Source: Geosiphon pyriformis uo1 (lineage: Eukaryota; Fungi; Glomeromycota). Taken from it: a stretch of DNA of 64,000 bases. The stretch spans positions 806,001 to 870,000 of the forward strand of contig JAAOMT010000675.1 of the NCBI GenBank assembly GCA_016748015.1. The letters are read 5' to 3'. The notes under the pieces are model-generated. The model had not been told where the DNA came from. It was given only the letters and a program-made list of their open reading frames with translations, and searched no databases. The translations under genes were made by a program, and so were the position numbers. The stretch's first letter is position 1. Every line of letters starts with the position of its first letter. This document shows positions 51,243 through 64,000 of this stretch, piece by piece.

Positions 51243-52499
51243 ATGTCCAACCCACCAACCCCACCAACCAACCTCGATAATGTCATTAAAGAGAAGTTGA
51301 AGTCTGTAAAGCTCACACCAGGGGAGGTAGCTGCTCTTCGGAATTCCAAGGGCAAAATATATAGGCATTGTAGGTATTTATGCTTCTTTGCGTTCCTATG
51401 AACGAAGTTTTGAAAAACAATTTCTATTTCACTTTAGCAAACTATGGTGCTATGGCTTGTGGTGCTATTGGGTTTGTAATAGGTGAGTTGAGGTTTTAAA
51501 GCTTTTGATTTTTAATCAGTTTTTTTGTTAATACTATTCGAAAGTTCTAACCTTCAAACATAAAATACTCAACAAAAAGGAAGACGCAAGAATTTTCGAC
51601 CCTTGGGACTTTTGGCCGCGACCTCAGGTAAAATGCTCAATTTACATACATACACAGGATTAACTTGTAATTTCCTTCCTATCAAGGTGGTTTGATTCTT
51701 GGAGCACAATTGGGCATGATTACTGGTTCATACGCAGCAATGCAATCCTTGCAGAAATTACCTGACGGCCAAAGGGTTCTTAAGATCATCAAGGAAATGC
51801 AGTTAATGACATTCTTAGCCTCCATTCCTTTATGTTATTTGAAAAAACAACAGGTTTTGCTGTTGACTGAAGAAGAAATAAATGACTCAGATTGGAGGCA
51901 TTAAGAAGACGAGGTGTCTTGCCACAACCTTCCGATTCTAACTCATCTGACAACGTATTGCAACACGAAAACTCAACAGTGATATTCTCGGAGGATAGTA
52001 AGGATTTTAGTGATGTTTATGCATTCAAAAGTGAGAATGATTACGATACAAACAAGGATGAAATGTTCCGTGATGAGAGAGTCGATGAAAGGCTACATGG
52101 AATGAAAAATGGTAATAACAATGTTTCAAACGGTAAACTTGTAATCCAATTAAACCAAAGTACAGATTATATATTTATTTGGTAACACTTTAAATCTCTG
52201 CAGGAAATCCCATATGGACCACTCCAGAACGACAATCATATCCCCTTCAAGGATCAATTGATCCCCAAACACAATCTTCACACGCAACATCTCAGGAAAA
52301 ATCAAAACCTTCATCTGCTTGGGATAAGATTAGAGAAGAGGCTAAAATTGATCTTGAAAAGCGTCGAGCACATCAAAGAGAAACCCATCCCCAATCGGAA
52401 CCAAAAAATAATGATATTTATAATAATCCCATTCATGAAGATTTCGAAAACAAACTTGAGGGCAAGATTAAGACGAATAAATATGGCGATCTTACCTAG
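51243..52499 (+). CDS. Host gene, 6 exons (51243-51369, 51438-51482, 51580-51627, 51687-51801, 51891-52132, 52204-52499): putative OCIA-like mitochondrial membrane protein
   Basis: GT-AG introns join in frame. Two Gly-rich hydrophobic segments, 'SAWDKIRE' and C-terminal 'KTNKYGD', reminiscent of OCIAD-family C-termini. The product call is inference. Confidence 0.75.
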
Positions 52500-52579
52500 G
52501 ATTAGCCAAATGATCCTTTAATTTCTATGAAATAAATACTAAATTATACCGATTCTTTGAAAAATACAAATCGAATTAA

Positions 52580-53525
52580 CTACACAATTACTACAAACAC
52601 TTCTACTATGGACAGAGACTTTGTAAATATTAGTCCAAACTCATTTTCTGTGCGTACGCTAACTTCAACCTGGTGTGCAATCACGCTTTTCACACCTGAT
52701 CGTTTAATAATCAAGTCTTCGAGTTTGTGCAAATTATCATCTTGCAAAAGGAAACGCAGATCGGGCAAATCATCATCTTTTGCTTCATCTTGTTTCGATG
52801 ATGATGAAGAGCTTAATGAGTTCGAGAAAGAATTAGTGGTAGGGTATGAAGAAGGCAAATATATCCACTCGTGAGGCCCTGAAAGATAATTTAGGTCGCT
52901 TGCAGTCGTTTGAGGATTAACACCATGTGGGGTTAGATAGAATGCCACTTTTCGATGACCACGTTTAGCATGGCGTTTCAAATATGGTAGAATAACGTCT
53001 TGAATCATTGAATCCAGCCTTTGAAGAAGATTTTAGAACAATTAGGGAATCATTCGAGTAAGACGAAACTAATAGAGTAAAATACCTTTTTTGCGAAACT
53101 GAAAAGACCATGTCCTTAAGTGAACCCCTTTCCCTATATGCTGCAGGGAAACCACCCAACGCGGCTTGATATGAGGGTAATTCTTCTTCATACGAAGACT
53201 CAAAAGTCTCCTCCGTTATATTCCCATAAGGTATTCCAAACTCTCGTAATTGTAATTCTACGACTTCCCGGGCAACATTGTTTGGTACCAATAGGCGTTT
53301 ATACCGAAGATAATCGAGAATTACACTAAAAGCAAGCGGATTGTGATCAAGAAATATTTCTTTTTTTTGCGATAGCAACGAACTCTCATTATTGAACGAA
53401 AGAGGATATGAGAGTGATTCTTTTAATAGTTGAGAAAGACGACTAAACGGATATTGTTTGATTAGTTCAGTGTTAATTTCAAAGCGTGTTCCACCAACAT
53501 TAAAGACTGCTGTTGGCTGTACCAT
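52580..53525 (-). CDS. Host gene, 2 exons (53525-53086, 53018-52580): BTB/POZ (T1/KCTD-type) domain protein
   Basis: FNVGGTRFE...YPFSRL...IFLDHNPLAFSVILDYLR...EFGI; a 67-nt GT-AG intron joins ORFs 52965-53588 and 52580-53008 in frame. Confidence 0.88.
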
Positions 53526-53848
53526 TGCGCGAAGAGAGCTACTGAGTGAATAAGATTCAGAATTGATAGTCAAAGTTAAATTCAACAAGCAAAGTTATGA
53601 ATGGAGGAAACGGACCTAGGAAACTTTAGTCCTTTGGTACAACAGAATACTATAGATTTGTTAAACGCCACATTGTACACATTTTGCAATTCCCAATTAA
53701 GGTTTTGCAGATTTCAGTCTACAATTAATAAAGATGTTACACCAAACTTTTTGAGACGCGTACAGATACATATATTTCACGATGCCATCAAGGATCAATT
53801 GTCGCCCTTATTTCATTAGTACTTTGAAAAATCATTTATTCGAAGCAA

Positions 53849-55780
53849 ATGGCTCACCTATTCGATAAACTTGAGACAAAACTAGATAAACAACTCGAAA
53901 AAAGCAAAACCTCCTTCAAGCGTTCTAGAAAGCAAGCCAAAGAGCATTTTGGACAAGCAAAAGATTTGCTTTCGGCGGGCACTGTAAAAACTATTAAAGC
54001 TTCCGACGAAAAGACTTGGTCCAACTGGGCTAGAACAATAAATTTCGAGCCTAAATTGATTTATCATCCAAATACTTTAAAGGACTTGAAAGATATTGTC
54101 AGAAAAGCGAAAAAACATGGTAGAAAAATACGCTGTGCTGCTGAAGGACGTAGCTGGAGTACCTTGTCGGTGACAAACGATTGTTTAGTGTTGGTATCAA
54201 GAATGGATAAAGTTGTGGTTAGCGAGCATGAAATTTATGGATGGGTAGTGACTGCTGAAGCAGGTAAAGTTGCAGTCATAATTCAATTCAGTTTTGATAT
54301 TTATAAGCGATTGACTCACCCTTTCATCTTCCATAATAATTTATAGGTGCCACTGTTAGACAAATCAATGAAACATTACGCAATCATTCTCCCGCATTGG
54401 CAGTTCATTCAATGCCTGTGCAAGATACTTTTAGAGCCGCTGGTATTGTAGCAACTGGAGCTCATGGCTCCAGAACGGAGTCAAGAAGTGTTTCTGATGG
54501 AGTTGTCAGTTTACAAATTGTTGCTGCCAATGGAGAACTCTATGAATTCTCGGACGAAAAAGATCACTTTGAGATGCAAGCAGCTAGAGTAAATCTAGGT
54601 AAAATTTGGATTAAATAATTTTCCAGTTTTTAATTTATGGATTTCTAATATAATATCCTTATTTAGGTCTTCTTGGTATAATATATAAGGTTACTTTCCG
54701 CGCACAATTAATGTATAATCTACGTACGATTGACTTTTTCCCTCCAATTAAAACATGGCTTCGACCGGCAAACATTAAGGAGTTAATGTACGAGTCGGAT
54801 AGTATCCAAATTTTCTACTCGCCCTTTAACGAGGGCGAACTTCACCCAGAGAACGATAAACTATGGGTCAAGCAGTGGCTAAGGACTCATGATGCTGAAA
54901 CACCTTCAGATTTTGAGACTCGCGATGGACCTTTGCTTCAAGACCTTAGCATGAATTTTGGCCATAAATTATACGAAACTTTTGTCAAATACCCTCAAGT
55001 TACTCCTCATCTGAACAATTTGCTTTGGAGGGCTGCTTTGAAACCTGGAGACGTTGTACATAAAGCTCCCAATGCAATACATTATCAAACAGAGATTGAT
55101 GCTATACCATACGAGGAGCTTGAGTTTACTTTCAAAGCTGATCGAGATCTTAGGAATGTTGCCGATGAATTCAATCATGTTATCAATAGGGTATTGTTAC
55201 TTTTTCAAAAGAGAATTCTCATATCTTATAAAAATTTTTGATATCGATTTATATGGGTTTTCCAGATTTATGACTATGCCCGAGTTGGCAAATTCCCGAT
55301 AAACCTTCCGCTAGAATTACGATTACTCAAATGCTCAAATGCCTTTTTAGCTTCATCTTATGATGAAGATCCAGACACAATCTATTGTTTTATTTCAATT
55401 GCTGCCATCAAAGGTACCCAAGATTATCTTGAATTCTCAATAGAACTTGCCCGGAAATGGATGGAACAGTATCATGCAAAGTAAATAAGTTAAACACTTT
55501 ATATTTCTCTCAACTAAATCAATAGTACATACTTTTATAACTAATATAGCCTTCTAATTATAAAATCTTCATTAATTTCAGGCCACATTGGGCCAAACAT
55601 TGGGAATATGTGCCCGAAATTAAACCTTACTTACACAGTCATTTGGCAGAAAGGGTAAAGCAATTTGAAAAAGTCCGTTTGAAATATGATCCTCAGGGAA
55701 TGTTTTTTGACAACGAATCATTGAAAGAAGTATTTTATGGCCCACCAATTAATATTCTGGTGAAAAGCCAAACTTTTTAA
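53849..55780 (+). CDS. Host gene, 5 exons (53849-54263, 54347-54598, 54667-55190, 55266-55480, 55582-55780): FAD-linked oxidase, gulonolactone/arabinonolactone oxidase family
   Basis: WSNWA, ATGAHG, AARVNLGLLG, PLELR, KPHWAK and YDP.GMF motifs of VAO/PCMH-type aldonolactone oxidases; introns join in frame. Confidence 0.92.
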
Positions 55781-57919
55781 AGGATATTTTTAGACTTTTA
55801 TTATAAAATCTTCCATGTCTGAGTTCTATAACTTCTTACGATATTTAGAATATTTTGAAGGCAATTAATTTATTTTTGCTGATTCCCAATACTCGACTTA
55901 TTAAATTCTTTAATTCTTGTAAAATAACACTTTTAATTAGCTATTCCAAAAACTAAAATAGCAATTGAAAAATATTTATTTAATTTATGAATTTACTTTA
56001 AAAAATTAGTTTTATTTACAAATATGTTTATCTATTGTAAATAGAATTATTTTACTTAAACATAAAACATTTTGTTGTATTATTTTAAGTTAAAAAATGC
56101 AAATATTATAAAATATTATAAAAACAAAATAATAAAAATTTAATATTGATTTTTATTATAATTAAAAAAAATTGATATAATTTAAAACTAAATAAATTAT
56201 TAATTTATTTTATAGATTTATATTATAATTTGTAAGATATTATTGTTTAATTTGTTTACAATTCAAAATTTTTATTTATTATTTTATAAAAATTATTGTA
56301 TATTAATTATAATTTCAAATTTTAAATAAATAAAATTTTAATTTTTTTTTTAAAATTTAACATATAATCCAACTATTATTTAATACAATAAGTAAAATTA
56401 AATAACTTAATTAAATATAGTTTATATGTTTTTTACATGTAATTAAATAAAAATTAATTTAAACTAAATTATATTAAATTTATAAAAAAAATTTATTTTA
56501 AAAAAATATTTTATGTATTATTATATCTAATATATTACTGTTAATAATAATATTACTTATTTATTTAATAGTTTTATTTGTATTTAATTTAATACTAGCT
56601 GGTTAATACTATTAGAAAACTATAACTAAATATAAATATTTTTATTTAAAGTAATATTTAAATTTTTTATAATATTATATTTAGTTTTAATTAATTATTT
56701 TTATAATAATTTTATTTAATGCTTTGTTAAAAACAAACACTTTACTTTAAACAATAACAATTATATCTTTAAACTTTTTATCCAAAGCTAAAAAAATATT
56801 TAACAAAGTAATAACTAAAATAATCAAAATACTAATTAATTTAACAATAAACTTAACTATTAAAGCCAAAATATCCAATTTAAATTTTAAAAAAGCCAAA
56901 TAAAACCAAATAAAAGATTAATAATAACAAAAAACTTTAAAAGAACAAAAATAAAACTTATAATATTAGATTTAATTTTAATAAAATATGATTTAAAAAT
57001 TTAAAAGAAAACAATAAATTAAAATAAAAACTTAAAACAAAAAAATTGTAATATCTTATAGCTTAAAACCAAAGAATTAAATTTTAACATTTAAAGTATT
57101 ATTAATATTTAAGTGTTTTTTATTAAATTTAATATTTTTTAAAGTATTAGTTTTATTAATAGTAATATTTAGATTATTTTTAAGAATTAATAAATTTGTC
57201 ACAATCTGTTACAAAAAAAATTGTAATAACTTTAAAAAAGCACGTGATTTAATATTGTGATATATGAATTTATTTGTTTTGTCAATTTGTTTCAAATTAT
57301 GTAATATTAATTATTTTCATTAGTTAAAAATAAATTACATATATTATATAACATGATTTTTGAATTTAATATGTATTATTTGTATATTTTAGTATAAAAA
57401 CACATCAAAATTTTTGGTGTAACTGCTTTTATTCTTGTATAACAAAAAGTTTTTTTTGTTTTAAACAGTGCTTAAGTTACAAAAAAAACTTGTATATTAT
57501 GAATATAAGCATAAAAATTTGTATACCAGATATAAGCTATAGATTTTAAAATGTTAAAGACAACAGATTACACAAAATCTGACTTTTCAAACTATTCTAA
57601 ATAATATTTACTTAAATGTATCAATTAATACTGTAGTTAATAATATATTAGTAATTTTAAATATAATATTCTATATATTATATATTATATTAAGATTAAT
57701 ATTTTAGTGTAAATACAGAGCAAAAAAAAATAACCAGTTTGTCTTTAAAAAAAGATATGTATATATATTTAATAAAAAACTATGTATTAAAAGACTAAAA
57801 TTATTTTTATTCTAATTTAGAACCTATTTTTAATGTAGAATTAACCAATCAATTTTAGAATCATATTAATAAAAACTTATTTCAATTAAGTAACCAAGAG
57901 TCTATAAATGAAGATAAAA

Positions 57920-60217
57920 TTTTAATGTTTGGTCCAGTTTAGTTTAAGTTCAATTAAATTATTGAACCAAACCAAATTTGAACAGAAGATTTAACAAAAT
58001 TCCAAACTTAAACTTAAATTAAACTTAAAATTATTAAACTTGAATTGAATCTAAACACATACAACAAGTTTGGTTTGAAGTTTATAAACATGTTCAGATT
58101 TGACTATTAAAAATATTATATTATATTATTATTTAATTTTTTTTTAATGATTTCTGTATCTATAATTAAAAATACTGTACTGCTTTTATAATTTTAGGCA
58201 CTAAGTAAGACTTCATATTTGTAATCATATTTTTATCTGCAGAAAAAATACATTTAGAAACAACAGATAATTTTTGGATTGTCAAATAATTATAAACCAT
58301 ATATACAAGATGAAAAAATTATGTTTAATATATCTAAATATAAAATTATTAATAAAATATTAATTTAAATAAATATTTTTTGTAATATTTTTCATCATAT
58401 TATTACATTCATTTTTTTATTGGCCATTTTTTCAGAAATATAATAATCAATTTTGTCAAATTTTTTTTTTCATTATTATCAAAGTCTGTTTTTAATATAA
58501 ATCATATAATTGATGCTATAATATTATTAAATTGTCATTTAACAAAAAACTGTTATTTGATATTAGTATAATATCCAGTGTATATTCTATTTCAAAAAAA
58601 GTATGTATTCTAAAGGTTTATTTATTGTGTAAGAGTTGGAAAATAAAATCATTTGAATAAATTAATAATTTATAATTCTTTTATTTTATTAATATTGTCA
58701 TTTGAAAATTTCCTCTTTGTAAAATAATGGAATTTTTTTCTTGAATCCAATGCAATGCAGAACATTATAGTTATATTTGTTTTAGAATAATATTTAATTA
58801 ACTTTTTTTTTACTGCCTTAACTATTATAACAAATAATGAATTTAATATTAAATATGTTAAATAAATAACTAAATAAATACAATCAAAATTATAATGTTT
58901 TACCAGATTTATTATCATCAACTGTGTTTTTGACATAATTAAAAATGATATTAAAAAGAATAATAATCAAAGAGGCAGTATTATTTAAACTGGCTAATAT
59001 TTTGACTATAATATCTTTATATATTTCAAAAAATTTAACAATTTTATTGAAAACAACTTATTGATCATATAAAATAGCATATTAATAAAAGTCAATATAA
59101 GTGCTAATAAGAGTGTTTAATGCTTATAAATTTACAATTAAAATTTTTGTATTCAAAATATACAAAATTAAAAATAAACAACTTGCTGATTTAAGAAATA
59201 ACTTATTTTTGACTATATTATAAGTAAAATTTTACTGGGTAAAACAATTCAGAATAAGTTTATAATATTTAATTTGATATATATTATAGACATATTCAAA
59301 AAGCTTAAAATGTTAGAATAAAATATAAATTCCAAAGTTAAGTTTTCTAATCTTTAATTTATACAAAGTTTACATTAGAAAAATTTTAAGTAAATATATT
59401 TAGTTTGGGTTTTTAACAAATACCTTGAAAATATTATCTTTTATTTTATCTAAAATTATCTGTATTGTCAAGTTTAAAATATAATTAAAGCATTAAAATT
59501 AAAGATCTTTTGAGTTTTATTAAATGTTTTCTTTTTTTAATTTTTTTGTTAACTTTTTTATGAAAGTACTATTATTTGCAGCATTATCAAGAATAATAAC
59601 CAAAAAAATTAAGTTACAACTAATAAAATTAATAATAAACTCATATAAAAAAAGAGTGGGTATAACTCTTTCTTAATCTTTTTTCTTAATCTTTTTGGCT
59701 GAAAATTCAGCTTAAAACAATAATAAAAATCATTTAAGTTAATATTAAGAAAATACAGTTTTTGATAATATAGATACTGTAATAATTTTAGCCTTAGATG
59801 ATATTAATGCTAAAAATTCAGCTTTGGAGCAATAATAAAAACCAATTTAAGTTAACATTAAGAAAACACAATTTTTGATAATATAAACACTATAATAACT
59901 CTGAGTTTCAGATAATACTAATATGCTATATGATATGCTAATTTCATTATTAGCTATTAATTAACTAAAATTTATGCAAGAATATACATATATATCTTTG
60001 ATGTAATTTTATAATTTTTTAATACTTTAAAAAATTTGTTTATAATATTTATTCTATTATATTATTTATTTATTAATCCAAAATTAATTATTGTTTTTTG
60101 AAGATCTTAATTGTTATTAATATAATAAGTAATAACAAAAACAAAAACTTTGTTATTAGAAGATGTTCAAAGATCTAGTATAAAAAAATTTTTGGACTTA
60201 ATAGTATTTAAGTATGC
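57920..60217 (-). mobile_element. Degenerate hAT-superfamily DNA transposon (interrupted by D)
   Basis: Minus strand: 'KKKLIKYYSKT...ALDSRKKFHYF' (LDPR motif) at 58720-58810 and 'MVYNYLTIQKLSVVSKCIFS' (eroded ARDYLAI..SSV.SER.FS dimerisation domain) at 58240-58300; AACC-like subterminal repeats 57925-58080. Extent approximate. Confidence 0.7.
59698..59925. repeat. Two-copy ~110-bp tandem duplication
   Basis: GCTGAAAATTCAGCTT...GATATTAAT followed by GCTAAAAATTCAGCTT...AATACTAAT. Confidence 0.8.
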
Positions 60218-61085
60218 TGTTACAAGTGTTTATTTGGAGTCTTAAATCAAATAACAAAACTTGTAACTTGGTATTCAGAAGCTATTTGTGATAATAGTAA
60301 TCTGAAGGTGTTGTTTGTCTGAAGATTTTGGTTGAGTCTTTTGTATAATGAACAGAGATTCAAGTGTTGTTTTCTCAGTAGCCTCCTGGAATTGCAATTT
60401 TATCAAATTTTTTTCTCAACATTGTGACTGGTAATCTGGCAGAGATGCTCTTCTGGTAAACTATTCTTAAATTTTCAATGTTATACTCTTCTTTTGGGGT
60501 CTTTTATCAGACTATTCTTGACATCAATAATTCAGTGCTTTTCTCTTTAATTAATTAGTAAAACAAAAAAAAATAACAAAAGAAAATGAAAAGAAATAAA
60601 ATAAAAAAATAAAGAAATAAGCCAAGACAATAAATGTTAGTATCTTATTAATAGCCATAATCAAGAGCTATTGTTCCAAAGTGGTTAAGTATTAATTATT
60701 ATCAACATGAAATGTTGATAGTGAAAAGTGGATTAAGATAGTGAATAATTATTTATTGATATTTGTGAATGAGAGATTGCTTAGATCAAATCTAAACTGA
60801 GAGGTCTGTCTTTTTTACTTCTAATCCTACCAATATATATACATAATTGAGATTTCTCAATTCCTCAATTTTTTGGACCAGAAATCCTGAAATTTCTGGA
60901 ATCTTGTAATTTTTTTAAGAGGAATTCTGGAATTCTGGAATCCTGTAATTCCTTGTATAAGAATCCTGAAATTCCTAGAATTCTGCAATTTCTTTAAGAA
61001 GAATTCTGGAATTCCATATTTACTACGGCTATTTCTGATTGGTTAATTTATATGCTAGTATACTTTCTATATTTTATGAGTAATA
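60218..61085 (-). repeat. 3' LTR of D (~868 bp)
   Basis: Reverse complement starts TATTACTCATAAAATATAG (A: TGTTACTCATAAAATATAG) and ends TGTAACA; flank ATGC. Confidence 0.88.
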
Positions 61086-64000
61086 TTATTCTCTTCTTTT
61101 TAATATTAAGCTCTATTAAAATCTCCTAATTTTAATTCTTTGTCTTTGAGTATTTCTTAAACTTTTTTTTTAAGAATTACTTGTGCTATTCTGTTCTGTA
61201 ATTTTTCAAATTGAGCATTGGTTATTTTTCTCTTTTAATTAATAATAATGGAGTTCATTTCTGGATTAAGTAAGATTTTTGGTCGATCTTAAAATCCAGT
61301 GTGTAGCCAATAAATGGTTCTTGTTTGTGTGGTCAAATTGTTCTTCCTCACAAATTGTTCTAGTTGTTGCAATATTGTTGTGTTAAATAATTATATTGTT
61401 TTATCTATATACAAGCTCTGAATGTTTAAGTATTGTCCCAAATAAAAGTAACAAAAGTTTCTTGGAAATTGTTGTATCCACCAATTCCAAGTTTCTATAG
61501 TCAACTTTTGATATTGGATAACTTTTGGTTGTGTTTTTATTGCTAATTTCACTTTTGTGATTATTTTGTCCACAGTGTTTTCTGTTTTTCTCTGTATTTA
61601 TCTCATAGTTTTTTTCTGGTGTTTGTGTATCTGATAGTTTGTTGGTTGATTGTAACTTCTATCTCTTGTTGTTAAATCAGTTGAAAAAATTGTTGTGCTA
61701 ATGAGTAAATGTCATCAGTAATCTCCATTTTTCTGCTGTCTTTTGTCACATATATTATGTCTTTATATATTTTTTTAGTTGTTTGATTTTACATGTTTGG
61801 TTCAATAATTATAATTGGTTCTAGATCTTGTGAAATCTCATTTGGTTGAACTAGTAGTCTCTGTACTCCTAATTGTAGAATATTATTGATAGATAGTAAC
61901 ACTATATGGTGATATGATTTTAGTTAATTATTATGTGCTGCTTTGGCTAAAATTTTGTTATTCAACCTTAATTTATAAACTCTATTTCCAAGAATTTTTT
62001 CTGTGTGAAATGGTCTGTCCCATTTGGGATCAAATTTTCTATTCTATTGTTTTTCCATTTTGGTATGATGTAGAAGTACTTTGTCTCCAATCTTGAATTC
62101 AACTGGTTTTTCTGGTAGTTGGTTATCATGTCTTTCTTTTTATTTTTCTTGTGACTTTTGAATATTATTAGCTGCTTTTTGCCATTTGTTTTCTAGTGTC
62201 TCCATTAAGTTATATGTTCTTCTCAACAATGTTTTTTGAAAATTCTCTTCTGTTATTGGTTTTGTTGAATATGTTTTGACTTCTATCTTAACTGATAAGA
62301 TTGCTGTTCTACTATATACTAGTTTAAATAGTGTTACTTGTATAGTGTCTTGCTTCATTGTTCAAAAAGCAAATAACACTGATGGTATAAACAAATCTTA
62401 TTTGTCTTGGTTTTTTTGGCTGATTTTGGCAATGGCTTCACACAATGTTCTGTTAAACTTTTTAACTAACCTATTTGTTTGTGGATAGTATAGTAATGAT
62501 AATGGTCTTTTTATCCCAAATCTTTGACTTAATTCTGCCAATGTTTTATTCACAAAGTGAGTTTTTTAATCTGATAATAGTTTTTTTGGACATTTATGTC
62601 AACAAATTAAATTTTAATAAATGAATTCAGCAACAGATTCTGCATTTGTGCTTTGAATGGCTTTTGCTTCTGGCCATTTTGTGAGATAATTCATGGCTAC
62701 TGTGATATATCTGTTGCCTTTGCTGGTTATTGTTAATGGTCTAACCAAGTTAATTCCAATGTGATCAAATGGTTGTCCCACTCTGATTGGTCTCAATGGT
62801 TCACTGGGTTTTGTTTCACCTTTTCTTTGACAAACATCACAATTTTGAACATATTAGATGATATTTAAATACATTAATAACCAATAGTATCTTTTTCTGG
62901 TTCTTTCCATGGTTGTTTCTTTATGAAAATATTCTGCTGTTGGATCTGAGTATATGTTAAATAATATTGCCTCTTTTTTTGGTTCTGTAATTACTCTGGT
63001 TGGTTGGTCTGGATTTCTTTTGTTTTTCTGGTAAAGTATATTTTGATGATTGATAAAATATTTTAATTGTTGTTTTATGTTCTTTTGTTTTTTTTAAAAT
63101 AATTTCTCCTTGAACAATTTGGTATTTATATAATGTTAAAGTTGTTGATATTTTTGTATATTCATTTTTTTGTTATATTTTTGAGTTAAAATGTTTTTAG
63201 ATTTGTCTTATTCATAACAATCTGTTAATATTTCCATTTTCTTTTCTTTTTTTGTAATGCACTGTATAATTAAATGGTAAAAGTTCTATTTTCTATTTGG
63301 CATGACAATTATCTCCAAATTTTTGCTTTTAAATTAAAGTCAATCCTTTGTGATTAGTGTACACATTAAACTTTTGACTCAAGTATTCTTTTTATTTGAT
63401 AATAGCTCAATAGATAGCTAAGTGTTCCAGTGCTGAAGTTCTATAGTTCTTTTCAGCTGGACTTAAGCTTCTACTGGCATAAACTACTGGATGTTCTCTT
63501 CTATCTGGTTTTTTTTGTAATAGTACTGTTCTCAATGCTTGGCCTGATACATTAGTGATGATAATAAATAGTTTGCTGTAATCTGGATAGATTAATATTG
63601 GGGCTTGAATAAGTTTTCTTCTTAGTGTGTCAAAGGCTTTTTGTTGGATTTCAGTTTACTCATATTTGGTGTTTTTTGTTTAGAATTGGTGTAGTGATTG
63701 AGCTATTTTGGAAAAGTCTTTGATAAAGCAGCAGTAGTATTTAGCAAATCCCAAGAATACTCTTAATTCTGTGAGACTATTTGGTACTGGAAAGTTCTTA
63801 AAAATTTTAATCTTGTCTAGATCTGTTTTGATATCATTTTTGCTTACAACATATCTCAAAAACTTGAGTTTTGTTTTGCCAAAGAAACATTTGTTTGCGT
63901 TTAATTTCAATCCTGCTCATCTGAGTTTTTCAAATACTTGTCGAAGATGATGCAGATAATCATTAAATGTTTTTGAGAACACATTGGTGTCATCTAAGTA
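60218..64000 (-). mobile_element. Ty3/Gypsy element 'D' (relative of A): RT/RH, integrase (63165-61789), ORF3 (~61759-61100), 3' LTR; runs off the right edge
   Basis: KLNANKCFFGK, NYLTKWPEA; LTR with the same GGAATTCC-like array as A; PPT 61086-61101. Confidence 0.92.

Noticed and set aside
52557-53819. Plus-strand ORFs 52557-52874, 53120-53329 and 53601-53819
   Set aside because: Antisense shadows of the BTB gene or a short intergenic ORF with no recognisable motifs.
55900-57900. AT-rich tract possibly hiding further transposon relics
   Set aside because: Could not decode any motif with confidence; left unannotated.

Overview
Eukaryotic, AT-rich fungal DNA. Small GT-AG introns and the transposon repertoire suggest Glomeromycotina (Geosiphon-like); this is an inference, not a database match. 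About 90% of the window is nested, stop-riddled retroelements. A full-length ~6.8-kb LINE (13622-47807; APE-RT-RNase H, (TAA)n tail, 9-bp TSD) sits inside an older fossil LINE. It is split by two full-length Ty3/Gypsy LTR elements, A (15943-33866) and C (37056-46533). A in turn hosts element B (23118-30784, minus strand). Three partial Gypsy elements (F 1-5026, E 5027-8418, D 60218-64000), decayed LINE relics and a decayed hAT transposon fill most of the rest. A compact CpG-retaining island (~51200-55800) holds three intact intron-containing host genes: an OCIA-like membrane protein, a BTB/POZ protein and an FAD-linked lactone oxidase. The first main observation is a non-canonical three-ORF Ty3/Gypsy design: Gag-PR-Cys-rich-dUTPase-(dUTPase-like)-RT-RH, then a separately encoded integrase, then a conserved ~200-aa ORF3 of unknown function, with 4-bp TSDs and no chromodomain. 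The second is a pervasive, almost purely C>T/G>A hypermutation of repeats that is not restricted to CpG and erodes old elements into AT deserts. All alignments and counts were done by eye.
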